NCBI GenBank assembly: GCA_021613535.1
Contig: CP075495.1
Coordinates: forward strand, 7,254,001-7,318,000
Length of the DNA: 64,000 nt
Source of the DNA: Adineta vaga
Taxonomy: Eukaryota; Animalia; Rotifera
Direction of reading: 5' to 3'
Below, in pieces: positions 15,004-29,387 of this stretch. A model generated the notes under the pieces. It ran no database searches, was not told the origin of the DNA, and worked only from the letters and a program-made list of their open reading frames with translations. Position numbers and translations under genes: made by a program. Position 1 is the first letter of the stretch; the number at the start of each line of letters is the position of its first letter.

Positions 15004-16114
15004 TTATACAGGAACAGCTCTTTTTAACAGAAGTTTTTCGATTTCATCATTTTTTCCAACACGACATTCATCAATTTTACTTCGATGAAAATGAAATGCT
15101 GGATTAACCCATTTTGCACAAGTACATTTTTCACCAACCAATGAATATCGTCCAACTTTTGCTTGACATTTTGAATTGGGACATTCCATTTCACCATTAT
15201 TTGTGTCTTTATCATATATACCTGATAACCATTCTGGTTCAATCGTAAATAATTCTTGTTGACAATAATCAGTCCCATTCGATTCAGCATTTTGTTTTGC
15301 TTTATATGCTGAACTACGTGATTGTAGATCAAATCGACCTTTTCCGCCAATGTGCGTAACAAGATCAGTGTCTGTAAATAGAAGTTGCCGACACAATTTG
15401 CATTTATATTCCATGAAAGATGCATTTGATTTCGTGCTGGAAACAACATCCTCGAAGTTATCTTCTACGATAACATGCTCAGATGATTTTGGTTGTTTAC
15501 GACGTGATTGTGTTGGAACATAAGTATAGTTCATCGAATGATAAAGACGTAATTGATTAGCAAAACCAGGATTAGGATAAACACATGGTCGTTTCGTTCT
15601 CAATTGTTCAAGTGCAGTTTCATACGATAGATTATATTTTTTCATCAAATACGCACAAGCAATTGTGGCACTACGGGACATACCTAAAATTGAAAGTTTA
15701 TTATTCGTAAAGAAAACTAGAGAGATGATAATATTCTTTTGTAATACCTGCATGGCAATGAATAAGTATATTTTGGTTTTTATTCACGGCTTGATCGATG
15801 AATTGATAACAAGATTCAAATTCAGCAATTAAATCATTAGTATGAAGATCATAAGCATGAATATGTTTACGAATACGTCGATCATCTTTTGAACGTTCAG
15901 GAGAAAAATCGAGCACTGTTAATATATGTGTTATATTGAGATCATCGAGTGCTTGATGATTTTTTGAAGAGTCAATATCCCCAAGCCATATATGATCATC
16001 GATTTTGTCTGCTGTGAAAACTTTTGAATAATTCACTGTTTCTGTACTAAATTAATAGCATAAAGATTATAGAATTATATCGATTATTTGACGAGTAATA
16101 TCATACTTATCCAT
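15004..16114 (-). CDS. DUSP12: Dual-specificity phosphatase 12 (YVH1) with C-terminal zinc-binding domain
   Basis: Spliced active site HCHAG|MSRSAT, PNPGFANQL, then YKCKLCRQLLF...CPNSKCQAKVG...CTCAKWVNPAF. Micro first exon ATGGATAA at 16114-16107. Confidence 0.92.
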
Positions 16115-19100
16115 GAATGTCGAAAAATAATTTTTTTTTGGGGAGGGTAGGTGTTTCGAAATACTGAAATTCTTCTCTTTCATAAGTTTCAGCAATGAGT
16201 CAATAGGAACAAATCGAACAGTACAGACCAAAGATGTCACTCTCTAACAAATCGAAAAAAAATATATAAATAACAGATTTGATAAATTATGTCTGTATTG
16301 AAGATATCGATTTATGCACTATTAGTAGCAAAAGAAAAATGTACAATAGCATGATCAATAAACTTTGCAGTCTTTATTTATCTTCTGTTTTGTTTTCTAT
16401 CAAATTTACAAAATAAATCATAATCACAATCAAATATCTCAAAGCTATCAACAAAATGCTAATCAAGTCGAAGCTGTGCGCTTCTCTTTTGTCAATACCT
16501 TGTGTAATTACTAAATATAATGAACGCTTTCACAAGTTCATTGAATACCTTTCGAATTCTTGGGAAAATGTTTTACATTCATAGTTGATTACGATGTTGT
16601 CTAAAAGTGCTTCTCAGAAGTTTATATTACCTAGAAGTAACGTGAGTTTCTTGTAAGTTAATTGAAAATATTATGTGAATTATTTATATTTTAGTGTCAG
16701 ACAAAAGATGGATTAACACCGAAGAGACAGAGTGAGGAGACGAAAATCAAATTAGATTCGACATAATATTAAAGTGATCTTCATATAAAGTAGACAATGA
16801 ACTTTTCACGGTATTCAACTCTTTTAAGACAACTCATTACATTTATTTTTAGTAGTCTTTGAAAATCTGACATTCAATACTTACAATAGAATATTGCAAG
16901 TACTTATATGAAATACGTTTTTTGGTACTCATTTTTCATGTAGCTTTAATATATTTTAATAATTCAATTTCATCTTGAATTTCTAAAAAGTTGCATTTAG
17001 TACATTGTTTATTGATCGATGTTACTTGGAAACTTTCGTTAGATGATTGATACAAACAACAATATAAGAAATAGATATTCAGTTCTGTATTCTCTTCGTA
17101 TAAGTTCTGGGTGCATACTTTGTTCATGAAACTCAAAATTTTTGTGCGCAAATGTTTAATAAAAATCTATTTAAGATCGAATCAAATTAATATTGTTCGA
17201 AACAAACAGTGAAAGGAAGAGTTACCCCTTCGAGCAAATGAATATAACATAATGAAGATGTAAATAGTACATTGTATCTATCCGTATAGATATAATCGAA
17301 GATAATAAGACTAATAGTACTCAGAGAGAGAAGTTTCTAGCTGTTTTTCGGTACATAAAAGAAGAAAGAATATGCTAAAAATTCTTATAAAAATGAGATG
17401 ATTAGATAATAAAAAAGAGCATCATTTTCCCAAGATTTTTAGTTTTAGGTTTAGACGGTGATTAAAGAAAGACGTTTTCATCCATAAATAGTTTGAATTG
17501 CTTTGGGTTTTACTCATTAGTCCTTAAAAGATCTGTCGTACATCTATGATTTATAACACGCCATTGTTGCTCTTCATGAAGAATTTTCAATAAATGTTAT
17601 CCTAACATTTAAAATATGTGATCACATATGTGTGTACGATCTAGGACTTACTTTTTATCTATTATTGCATGAATAAATCATAGGATTGAACTACACAAAC
17701 GACTTTTCCTTCTTAAACATATCATAGGTCAACAGAAAAAAAACAGATCAACACGAGGTCATTTATACTTATCAGAAAAATTAGATTTGATTATAATAGA
17801 ACAATTTGATCTGCCACAGAATTGCAAATCAATAATTCGGATGAAAAACCTCCTTTAGAAAAATAAATTAATAGTCTTTTTCAATAATGAGATTGATGCA
17901 TACTTATCTTCTCTACTTCATATTTCTTTCTTTTCTTTCTACGTTTCAGGATGAAAGCAAGAGTATTTCATGCAATTCATTTCCGAAAGAAGTTCAATTA
18001 AAATCAGAATGTAATTATATATGCTTATTGAAATTATACTCTCTTTTCTGTAATAGATTGATGTTATAAACGAAGAGAAAGGCTATATAGTTTTTATTAT
18101 TTTTTAACCTAGATGTTGTTAACATAATGTCGACTATTAGATAAAAACTTGCTGATAATTCTTTTTTTTTCTTAAAAAGACAAGTAGGAAATCATAAACA
18201 GACTTCGTCTATATATAGTCGAGAAAACACATCCATTATTTACAGATATAATTAGTTCGTTATATATCTTACTTTTTGCAATTAACACTCGATAGAATAT
18301 TATAAGTTGTCAGTTATTATGAAATTAACGCATAGAAATAAATATTTAGATCGCAATTCGACATTTGAAAAGTATACTACTTGTTTTAAAACATCAATTT
18401 TATTAATATCTTTGACATTGACATCGAAATTAATCAAGGTAATTAATTTTCGGTTCTGAGATATTATAATTATCAGTACAAAAGACACTCTAAAGACAAA
18501 CTTCCTGATTCACACTAAGATTTTTTTCCTATTTTTTTGACGTTTGAGAAGATGAGATAGTTCTGTCAAACTATCGATTTATATATAGCTCACGGCATGC
18601 ATCGCAAAAGATTCTTTCCAATCATCACATCGTTTTTTAGCTTAATTGAATAGAATCGCCGAATATGAAAACATCCAATGAGCTCAGTACTTACTTTACT
18701 TCTAAGAAAGAAAACTATTTTAAAAGCATATCTTTCAATATTTTGTAATCAGCAAAGACGAACTGTAATTACGAACATGATACACATTATTTTTGAGAAT
18801 ATTTATTCTTCCAATAGAAACAGATGGACGCCATTCGTTGCTTTTTTTTCTTCTGATAATCTATTTAAAATTTACTTATTGTATTTATTCTATTGCAGAC
18901 TAATGAATAGAGATGGAACACAAAAATAATATACGTCATCATGTTTCCCACGCAACAAATTACTAGGTTTCAAAGCGAGATCCGATAAGTATTTTTCTCT
19001 GTCTAGAGAAAACATTTTCATTTCATCGAACTCATCTATAATGTTGAGTAACAAAGTATGAGTTTGGTTTTTAATCATTAAGTTACTTTTCTATGATATT

Positions 19101-20656
19101 GATAGTTATAAGGTCTAGTTTTACTTCCTATTAAGATTACATGGTTTCTTTTAAATACTGAGTAAAATTACCATATTATCAATTAGTTGAAAATACACAT
19201 AAACAAAAGAAAAACAACTTCTTGTATCTCATAGCGTATGAACATCAAGGAGTTTGCCTATTCTCTTCTCAATTCTAATTGATATATTTTAATTACAATC
19301 AATTATAGATCATTTCTTTTTTCGATTGAGAATATTTTTTTATTTTCTTCCTACGTAGATGTAATAAGAACAGACAAGCTATTAGTAGTTTTTCTTCTGA
19401 TCATTTCTTTTACATTTTTTTCTTTTCCTTTTCGTATTTCATCGACGTTCGAGAAGAATGTCACTGATGATGATGATGATGAGATGGAATGAGTGATTGT
19501 CACTAAAATCAACAACGTAGAAAAGAGATGAATAAACACACACACACCTGTCTGTCACTTGCACTTTTTCTAAAATAGACAGTACTCTGTAGAAATAAAT
19601 TGCCCACAAAAAAAACTGTCATTTCGACTCTTTCAAAAATGTTGAGTTGAATTAAGAGAAAAAGAAGATATATCTTCAGTTCTTGTTTACATAAGAAAAG
19701 AAAAATTTCCAATTAGATATCTAAACATCATTTCCATGTCATCGAATAATTTAGGATAGGGAGAAAAACTTGTATAAGTACATAGATTAATTTATTCGAT
19801 TTAGACTTATTGTTAGAAAAGTCTCTTGAGTATTTGGTCGATTGCTCCCAATTGAACGAATACATATGGATATAAGTAAATGTTCGAAACACAAGTCAGT
19901 GACATTCATAAATATAAGTTTCTTTATGAAAACTCTGCTTTTTTATCTTACGTTTGTTTATTGTCGTGCTACTTTTTTGTGTGCAAGAGAATATAGAAAG
20001 GAACAGGAAGAGAGAAGAAGAGATATTCCGAGATATTGACTTGAACACAAATAAGAACGAACTTGAGAAACCTTTTCATACTTATATCGTCATTTAATCA
20101 CAAGAGATACAAAAAATGAAGACAGACAATATTTATATCGAGAGAGAAAGTAATTAATTATCATGGATACAGAAGATATTTCATGCACAAATTAAATAGA
20201 GCGGCTAGAAGAAATATAACGAGAAAAGATATTCTTTTTTTGTGTCACTCAGTGTTCATAAAATATTTACAATGTAGCATTGATATGAGAAGAAGAAGAA
20301 GATGGTTCGCATTTTTCTTTTTTTCTTACCTACACTTTACATTTGATTAACAAGGAAAATGGTGCTCTATTTACTAGACTATTTAATCATTTAGTTTCGT
20401 TTATCATATCAAAATGAAGATCAGAAAACCATACCGATAATTTGAGTTTATTCTTTCTCTCTTATATTATTCTTTCAGTGAAACATAAATTTGACTCTCA
20501 AAAGACATCGACATTCTCATGGTTACGACAGCCTCCGACACGCGCTTTCTATTAAGTCGTATCTATTCGCCTAAATAGTCATTTATAAGAAGAAAATAAG
20601 ATCATTTTAATACTAAATCGAAGACCGAAATAAACGATAAGAAACAGAAAAGAAAT

Positions 20657-20682
20657 AGAAAGAAAGAAAGAAAGAAAGAAGA
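20657..20682. repeat. (GAAA)n microsatellite
   Basis: Direct tandem repeat; followed by (TCA)n at ~20702-20720. Confidence 0.8.
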
Positions 20683-21239
20683 AAATTGACGCGTATGTTT
20701 GTCATCATCATCATCATCATCTCTCTTTCCGGCCACTTTCAAGTATAGATCTATTATAAAGATTCACTAATATGTTTTTTCCGTACGTGTTATGACAATT
20801 GAATATTTTTTTAATATTCTCTCAAGATATCGACTGATCGAGTTTTTTTTTGGCACCTTCACGAGAATGGTTCACATGCACGATCATTAGAAAAGCGGAA
20901 ATGAACCTTATTCCCTATACTAACCGATTTTGTTGTTTTTATGATCCCATTAAATATATATGTACGCATGGATGGAACTAATGTGAACGCGAAAAAGCAA
21001 GAACATTTCTCAGTCTCTCTCTCTCTCTCGCTTTCTCTTGACATATTTTGCTTTTAGTCTTCTAACTGATTCTTTCTATTTAGATTCGAGTTTTTTTGCT
21101 TTAGATGTTCCCTCGATAATAACTTTGTTATCGACATACATTCTTATTAACGCACATTATTTTGCCGATTCTTTTCTATCATTAAAAATGATGTAACATA
21201 TCAAGAATAAACAATTCAAATATTTCTCTCATATGTATT

Positions 21240-23613
21240 ATGTACGTGCCAGTTTTACCACAATCTTATCATATTGTCTCACTGACAACAACAATAATAA
21301 ATAATTCAAATGAAACATTAGCAATCATTATACATAATGAAAATATGGATGAACAAAATCGATCATTACTATTTACAATTTTAATTACTGTTTGTTTATC
21401 AATAATTATTCTTTTAACTATTCTTGGTAATATATTAGTTTTAATTGCATTATGTGTTAATTTTGCTCTTCGTTCGCCAACTCATTTACTAATGGGTAAT
21501 CTGGCATGTGCTGATCTACTACTAGGTAATTAGATTTTTTCTTTTTCTTCACTTGTTTTAATTAGCATACAACAAACAATAGAAACAAAATCTACTGTGA
21601 TTTTATAAAGAAAGAAAAAAAAACGGCAGTCTCTTGAGTACATTATCTGTTGAATGTATCGATTCAATTTGAATATTACTCTCAAGAAAAAAAAAACAAT
21701 CCGACTAAGAACGATTCAATAACTATAATTTGTACATACTATATTGTTGAGTAACGATATTTATAGAACACATTAGTTCTTGCTAATAAATCATGACAAA
21801 AAACGAATGTTAGATTAATTCTTTATTGAATTATTTCGGAATTTTTTTACTGCATAAGAATAGTATTGGAATAATAATTAGTTCCAAAAAAATATAAATT
21901 CTATTGAAAAATTTTGAGTTCTTAATCTATAAAAATAATTATTTCTCTATTCCGGTCGATCATCTGTTGAAGTTGTAGAAATAATCAATAAATATCGTTT
22001 TAAACATAAAAACAACATATGTAGGTGAGAATAACAGAGGCAATCTTTTAGAGTTATTTGATAGCGTGTCAAATTGTAATAATTATTTATCACTTTCTAC
22101 CCTTTACTTTAATTGAACTATTGAACTATTCTATTTTCTTCCTTTGATGAAAATAATTAAAGATAAAACAAAAGGAATTTCTTTCTTTTAAGGTATTACC
22201 GTTTTACCATTTTCGGGCACACTAGAAATCTTACATGGTCAATGGTTATTTGGTCGAACATTTTGTCATATATGGTTAGCTATAGATGTTCTCTATTGTA
22301 CAGCAAGTATTTACGGTTTAATGTTTATATCAATCGAACGTTATATTGGCGTAACACGTCCATTACGTTATCCTATTATTGTTACACATCGTCGTACAAT
22401 GTATACGATATTATTAGCCTGGACTGTTGCTGCTTTGATATCTATAGCACCATTCTTAGGCTGGTATAATAAAGTTAAATCAATGGATCGTGTTTGTGAA
22501 GTCAATGATGATTTATCCTATGTTTTATTTTCCTGTTCATTTTCATTTTATATTCCATTACTTGTTATCCTTTGTGTTTATGGACGAATCTATGGTGAAG
22601 CTAATCGACAATATCAATTTTTAACAGGTGGACAAAAGAAAGTTCATTTAAATCAAACGGTTGGAGAAGAAGCTGTTACATTACGAATACATTTACCGAA
22701 AAATTTCTCATCGACAACATCCAATGGTCATCTTGTACAAGCGTCTGCAAATGGAAATCAACTCACTACGACCGGTTCAAATAAAATGTCCCGATTGAAA
22801 CGTGAAAGAAAAGCTGGTAGAAATGATAACAATACCAATTTAAAAACCAAATCAAGATTTTTCTTTTGTCTTTTAGCTAAAACATTAGGAATTGTTGTGG
22901 GAATGTTTATTCTATGTTGGCTGCCATTTTTTCTTCTATTACCAATTAGTAAGTATTTTTGTTGAAAAGATCATTCTATTCAAATGTACTATTCAATCAC
23001 ATTCCTTTTTCCTCGTTTAACATATTATTAGATTATATTCGCTTCACTGATCATATATTTGACTTTTTCTTTTTCTTTTCTATTTTCTAGAAGCATTAAC
23101 ATCGATCGATCCAGGCGTGTTTTTTTCCATTTGTTTTTGGTTAGGTTATTGTAATTCCTGTTTCAATCCATTTATATATGCGTTTTCTAGTCGAGAATTT
23201 CGGAAGTAAAAAGAAAAGAAAATGAAAATTTATTTTTCTCTATTTACCTTCCTGTTTTTTTTAGAGCATTCAAATCTATTTTAAGATGTCAGCGTACCCA
23301 GCAATATAGACCGTCTGGGAAATTCAATACTAAATCGTCACTATCCAATAATTATATACATTCGAAGAGTAGCTGTGACATCATTACTTCTCAATATCGA
23401 TCACGTAAATCTGAGTCTATCAATAGTCATCGAACATCCAATAGCAGTAATCAACGGCAATGTATCTCAACAAAAACAATTCAAAAGATTGTAAACAATT
23501 CGAATCGATTATCTCGTAATGATTCAATAGCAAATACAACTATTCCAAAATTATCATTAACACCGGATAATACGAGTCCGTGGCATCTTCGAAAGTCAAT
23601 TAATGTCAGATAG
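21240..23613 (+). CDS. Class A aminergic GPCR, alpha1-adrenergic / octopamine-alpha-like
   Basis: GNILV, NLACADLL, WLAIDVLYCTASI (TM3 Asp), [68 protein letters not shown]. 5 exons. Confidence 0.88.
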
Positions 23614-25202
23614 ATATAAATAAAAAGGATTTTTTTGCTGTTTGTTACATATTTTATTTTGATTTTGAAGAAAAAGAAAAAGACTAATTTTTATCCTCAA
23701 ATGAAAATGCATAGTATAGTATTGTATTGTCATTCTAACTGTACAAATGAACTAATGATTAGATACTTTTCGGAGAGAAGAAGTCTCAGCGGTAGTCTGT
23801 CTGACATTATATGGCGTGTGTGCGTGTCGAATGATGAAAATTTGATCATCGTATATGTTTGTTGCACCGTATAGAAGAAGTAGAGCAGGTGTTGGACAAA
23901 GCCGTAGGGCGTTTGTTTCATTTCTTTTCTTCTTTGCGTGTGTGTGTGTCTATTTCTCTCTCTCTCTTTCTCTAACTGTAGTAACCACTAGCTATTTGTT
24001 TTTTTTCTCGGTACTGTTTTGCAAAATTATAGACTGATGAAGCTAGACATCTAATCAATTCTTTCTTGTTGAACAAGATATATATGAACATGCGCGCCTC
24101 TTGTTCTTCTTCTTTTTTAAGTTGACATCTGAAAGAGAAAGACTATGCTAAGGACGTGTGAAAAAGATTAGTTCATTCGTCTAGTAGCTTATCGATTTCG
24201 ATTATAATGAGGTTAGTGAGGCTTGTCAATGCTGATGAGAAGAAGAAAAGTGAAATAGACAAACAGAAGGCCATCCGGATCCGCTACTATCCAACAACGG
24301 AAATCAGAATATATGTGTATAGTAGTGATGGTGATCCCCTGCGGTGCTTTCATTTAAAGAGAGAAATAGACGGGGTTGAGCTGTTCGATGACGCACAAAC
24401 GGTCATCATTCTCGCTTTTATTCATGGTCATTTTCACAGTATTAGAAAAGATCAGACTATTTTCTCATTTTCAAGTGAATAGATGATTGAGTAGATTGAA
24501 CGAGGAAAGAAAAAAGAATGAGGTAGACAGTCTCTCATCGGTTACACTTTTCTTTCTTTTCTTTTTGTGACATATATTAATAAAAAAAAAGGACACATGA
24601 TTCGAATATAGCTTTTCCCTATGAATGATTCATTTGTTTCCAGATTGAAATAAATGTTTTCTTGAATATTAACCGAAAAGATTTGTAGGATGATATTGTC
24701 TTAAAATAGTAAGTAGCATCTTTTTCTCTTCTCCTAGACCGGAAATTCATCACTCCTGGAGGCCATTTACTGACCGTTGTTTTATATGCATGCATGAATT
24801 TAGTTGTTGAGCTTTTTCTCTCATCTGTTCGCGCTTCCGAATGAAAATCTTGAGTGTATTACATCATTTCTTAGTATGATGACATGTTAGGATGAATCCT
24901 ACTTCGAAATGCATTCATCCATCTATTTCTGTTTTTTATGAATGGAACAGACAAAAGAAGAAGAAGAAGAAGAAGAGAAGTAGAATGTATGCACGAGATG
25001 CTTCGAATTGCGTGACAGTCAAGAGAGTAAATTAAAATTGACCAGTACTAGCTTGCACTACCATCTTCATCCGGTAGTTGTAATAATAGTAGAACCAGTC
25101 GGGTGGGCAAACATACGATTACATGCTCTCTTTTGTTCACAATCGGCTAATTGAACATACATATATATATATACGTGCTATTTCTTATTTTTCAGTAACA
25201 TA

Positions 25203-27346
25203 ATGGGACGTCGATCGAAAATGCCCGTATGTGGTAATGGTATTGTAGACGTTGGAGAAGATTGCGATTGTGGTTTAAATAAGGTAAGGAATTATTATAG
25301 TTCTACCAATATGATGAGTTTTTATATATGCTGTGAAAATAAATGAAGTCTTTATTCTCGATCTTACATATAGAGTTGTGTATCTGTGGAAGCATGTTGC
25401 AATCCTCGAACATGTCAATTTTATTCGGGTGCTGAATGTCTATCAGGTGCCTGTTGTTCTGGCTGTAAATTACTTCCTTCAGGTTATCCATGTCGTGCAT
25501 CACGAAATACTTGTGATCTACCAGAATTTTGTGATGGTATCTCATCTCAAGTACGTTGAATGTATTAGTAATATCAGCCAATACAATTCTCTTATTCTTC
25601 ATTTAGTGTCCTGATGACGATAATTTTGTGGACGGTTTATCATGCCAAGAAGATAGTGGTACATGTTTTCATGGTACATGTGTTGGCGCTCAACAACAAT
25701 GTATTGATTTATGGGGACCAGGTAAAATATTTCTATCTCTGTAGATTAATTCGATGAAGGATTATTTTAATAGGTTCTAAAGTAGCACATGAGTCATGCT
25801 ATACAGATTTTAATCCATCTGGTTCAATGACTGGTCACTGTGGATATGATTCTCGTCTACAAAAATATATTCCTTGTTTTGATAGTGATGTAAAATGTGG
25901 TCTACTACATTGTCAAGGTGGTATGTCATATCCTCGTGTGGCCTCTTCAAATTTTATGATTTTCAATGTTAATACACGTGAAGGTTCATTTCAATGCAAG
26001 TAAGAACATACATACATTTTTACATAAATATTGATTTTATTATTATTACTATTTCACTAGGAGTATTTCTAGTCCGACTTATTCTGTACTAGTGAATGAT
26101 GGTGGTATGTGTGGTCAATCAAGTTTTTGTCAAAATAATACATGTATACAACAAAAATCCAAATCTTCATGTGATTCACAGAGGACATGTTCAGGAAATG
26201 GAGTCTGTATTGATTATGAAAAATAATACGGTGTCTATTCCAGATTATTTAGATCTGTACTTCATCGGGTTCATGTTATTGTCATGTCAATTGGACAGGA
26301 AAAGATTGTTCTATATATGATTCGAAACATCAAGATATATCGCCATTTAATCGTTCTCTACCATTAGGCACTCGTTAGTTAAATCAACTGAACTTGTATA
26401 TGTATGCATTTTTTGTCTTCTCTTTAGATCCCGTCTTACCAACAGCTTTTGCTGGTATTGCTACTATTACATTTCTTTTATTCACTTTATGTATTATTAT
26501 TTCATGTTTATTCAGGTAGAATATTTCGAAATCTTGTCAAACATATCAATTAAATTTTCTTTTAGAAATAAAAATCGACATCCTCGTCGAAAATCACATG
26601 AATTAACAGCAATGAATCATCCACAAGTCACTATTAATCCAGCTGGTATGGAACCTAGTCATCCACAACTTTATACTCATTTTGATCATACTAGTCAAAG
26701 TCTTGTTTCAACACCTATTTTTACTCATCGAACACCCCTACATCGTTCACCATTCATGACAAGTAGTCGTTCTATTACAAGTGCTTGTACAGGTCTCTCG
26801 TATCTGCCAACAGATACACCACGTTCCGTTCGTTATACTAGTCGAAAAACTTCAACAAATGGTATATTTAGTGATTCAGAAACACCACGAACACGTATAC
26901 GTCGACAGACACGGCACAATGGTGGTTCGCCATCCCTTCATATCAATTCAAATCGTCAACAACAAACCTATGCAACGTTAACATTAAAACGTCAACAAGA
27001 TTCTAATCTTTCATATCAATCAGCTAGAAAAATCTACGACGACATTGATAAACTTTCAACGAATGAAAATTTACGAGATTTTATGCAAGTACTTGATTCA
27101 TTTGCTCAAGAAAAATTTGGCGGCGAAACTGATTTACATCTTCATACATTCGAACAAAATTCCAATATAGCATCGAGTCCAACAGAAACAAATGAATCGA
27201 TTACACTTGATAGTGGTTATCAATCAACGAAACAATTAATGAATACAGATGAATATGCTGTTGTTGTAAAAAATAAACGTACAAATGATAGATTTCGAGA
27301 ACGACGACGTTCATATTCATCAAGTGAACATAAAGAACAATTTTAA
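25203..27346 (+). CDS. ADAM-like protein: disintegrin + Cys-rich + EGF + TM + long cytoplasmic tail; no pro/metalloprotease domain found
   Basis: CGNGIVDVGEDCDCG, CDLPEFCDG, DVKCGLLHCQG, CSGNGICTSSGSCYCHVNWTGKDC, TM AFAGIATITFLLFTLCIIISCLF. About 8 exons. True 5' end uncertain. Confidence 0.85.
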
Positions 27347-28754
27347 CTCATTTTTTTAATGTAATTTATAATCTTTTAAATATTGAAAAGTAATAAAAAA
27401 AGAATGAAGAAGATTATCGATCGATAACACATAATAGTTGTTTTAATTCTATCACTCAAAGGAATAACACATTCAATGGTATATGATCTGTTATTCACAT
27501 TAGATTATCTAACATATGTAAGAATTGTACTTACAAAAGAGCTTTTATTGATTATTATTCCATTCAGTAATCTTTGACCTTAGGTCTAATCTTGTTTCTT
27601 TTGACTGTTAGCTACGATTTTTTTTTCAATTATATTCTAATGGAAGATTTCATTCTGAATAAACAAATGTTAACCTTCGAGTTCAATAAATACAAAACCA
27701 AAATTTACTCATATACTCAAATATGTTTCTAGTTATTTCTAAGGTTTCTTTATTCAGAAAATGTCTTTTTTACAATTCAATAAAATCTGAAGAAAAATAT
27801 ATTAACAAAAGCAATCTATTGTCATGAGAAAAATCTGACATAATCATTAGGGAAAATATATAATAGAACCAATCTATATACTGTAAAAATATTCTACATC
27901 TTCATCTTCTTAGTATTCATCACTACACATTCAATGATTATTAGTTTATCGTTGATAGAGTTGATGCTCTTGAAATTATTCTAAAATCGATTCATCAATG
28001 AATCAATTATAGATGTATTTCATGTATTCGAAATGAATATTTACCTGATCTTAATATGCAACTCGTACATCTTCTATACATATATATATACTGAATGCTT
28101 TTCAACCATTAAATTGAATACAATTACTTTTAACGGTCGTTGACAATCGATTATGTAGAGACGTACATCTAGTAGTGCCATATGACATTTCTCTTGAAGG
28201 TCATATAATAATCATTTATCTATTCAATCGAAGAAAAGCTTTGATGTCATAAAGAGTTTTCTATGATAAAGTTATCCAGAATCTTGCACTCTGACTTTCT
28301 TATTTAGAATAAAAGAGTAAATTTACATTACTAATTGTAAAATATACAATGATTATTCAGGTCTACTGGTCGACAATAATAATAGCAACTTTGGTTTTCG
28401 AATAATTAGATGTCTTTGACAAAAATCATCGAATAGAACTACAAAATAATTCATTTTTTTCCTAATCAGATCTAGGTCATGCTACTCTCTGTAAACAAAA
28501 AGAGAACCTTTCTTATGATATCTGAAAATACACTTGTTCTATTTGTTAAATAAAAGTAGTTCATTCATTGCTATTTAATCCTTTCGATTATAATGACAAA
28601 TCTATTGACATAAGCTTGTCGTAATCCAATACGTGCTTTGATCCTATATGTCAGTTAATCAAAACGAATTAGTAACAAACTTATGCTTCGATTCCATTAT
28701 ATTCTTAAAAGATGATGAAGGAGAAGAAAAAACGAGCGCGTTATCTTTGAGCTG

Positions 28755-29162
28755 ATGTATTACTTCGCTATTCGTTTTTTCATTTGCCTATCAATAACAA
28801 TTACTATTTCTTCTGAACATGTCATTCGTGGAGAGAAAACTCGTTATTCAATTAATTGTCCTCTTCCCTATGCTCTTTGGTATGGACCAAATAATCGATC
28901 AATTTTGACAAATTCGAATAAATATGAAATCAAATATTCATTCGAAAATCTGCAATTAACAATAAATCATCTCACGACGAATGATAGAGGAATATATATC
29001 TGTTTGAATAATGAAACAAATCAAATTATTAAAGAATATTATATAGAAATTGCTACAATAGAAAATATACTTCCTCTTTTCTTTACTTTGATTTGTTCTA
29101 TTCTTCTATTGATTCCAGTCTTTTGGTTTCTAAGTCGAAGATATTCTGGTATTAATCAATAA
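28755..29162 (+). CDS. Small single-Ig-domain type I membrane protein (135 aa)
   Basis: Signal peptide, C...W...LTI..L...DRGIYIC Ig signature, C-terminal TM and short tail; intronless. Confidence 0.75.
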   Translation: MYYFAIRFFICLSITITISSEHVIRGEKTRYSINCPLPYALWYGPNNRSILTNSNKYEIKYSFENLQLTINHLTTNDRGIYICLNNETNQIIKEYYIEIATIENILPLFFTLICSILLLIPVFWFLSRRYSGINQ

Positions 29163-29387
29163 AATTTCTGATATATTACAGAAAGAAAGCAAGGAAAAAA
29201 GCCTAATAACATTTGTGTTTTGTCAAGAGTACAATACTTACAAATACAAAATGAACAGAAAAGAAGAAAACAATGTGTTTTTTATGAAAAATAATTAATT
29301 AAGCGGAATGAATTTGACTTTCATTATGATATGTGCAAATTCAAATTTTTGTGTTCGTTTTGTTTTTCATTGAATATCAGACGAATC

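Noticed and set aside
24207-24540. let-7-like words (TGAGGTTAGTGAGG ~24208, TGAGGTAG ~24519) and ORF 24207..24482
   Set aside because: Only the seed resembles let-7, with no complementary arm; the ORF has no domain or splice support.
25047-25090. Imperfect hairpin ACTAGCTTGCACTACC/GGTAGTTGTAATAATAGT as a pre-miRNA
   Set aside because: The stem is short and bulged, and matches no miRNA family I recognise.
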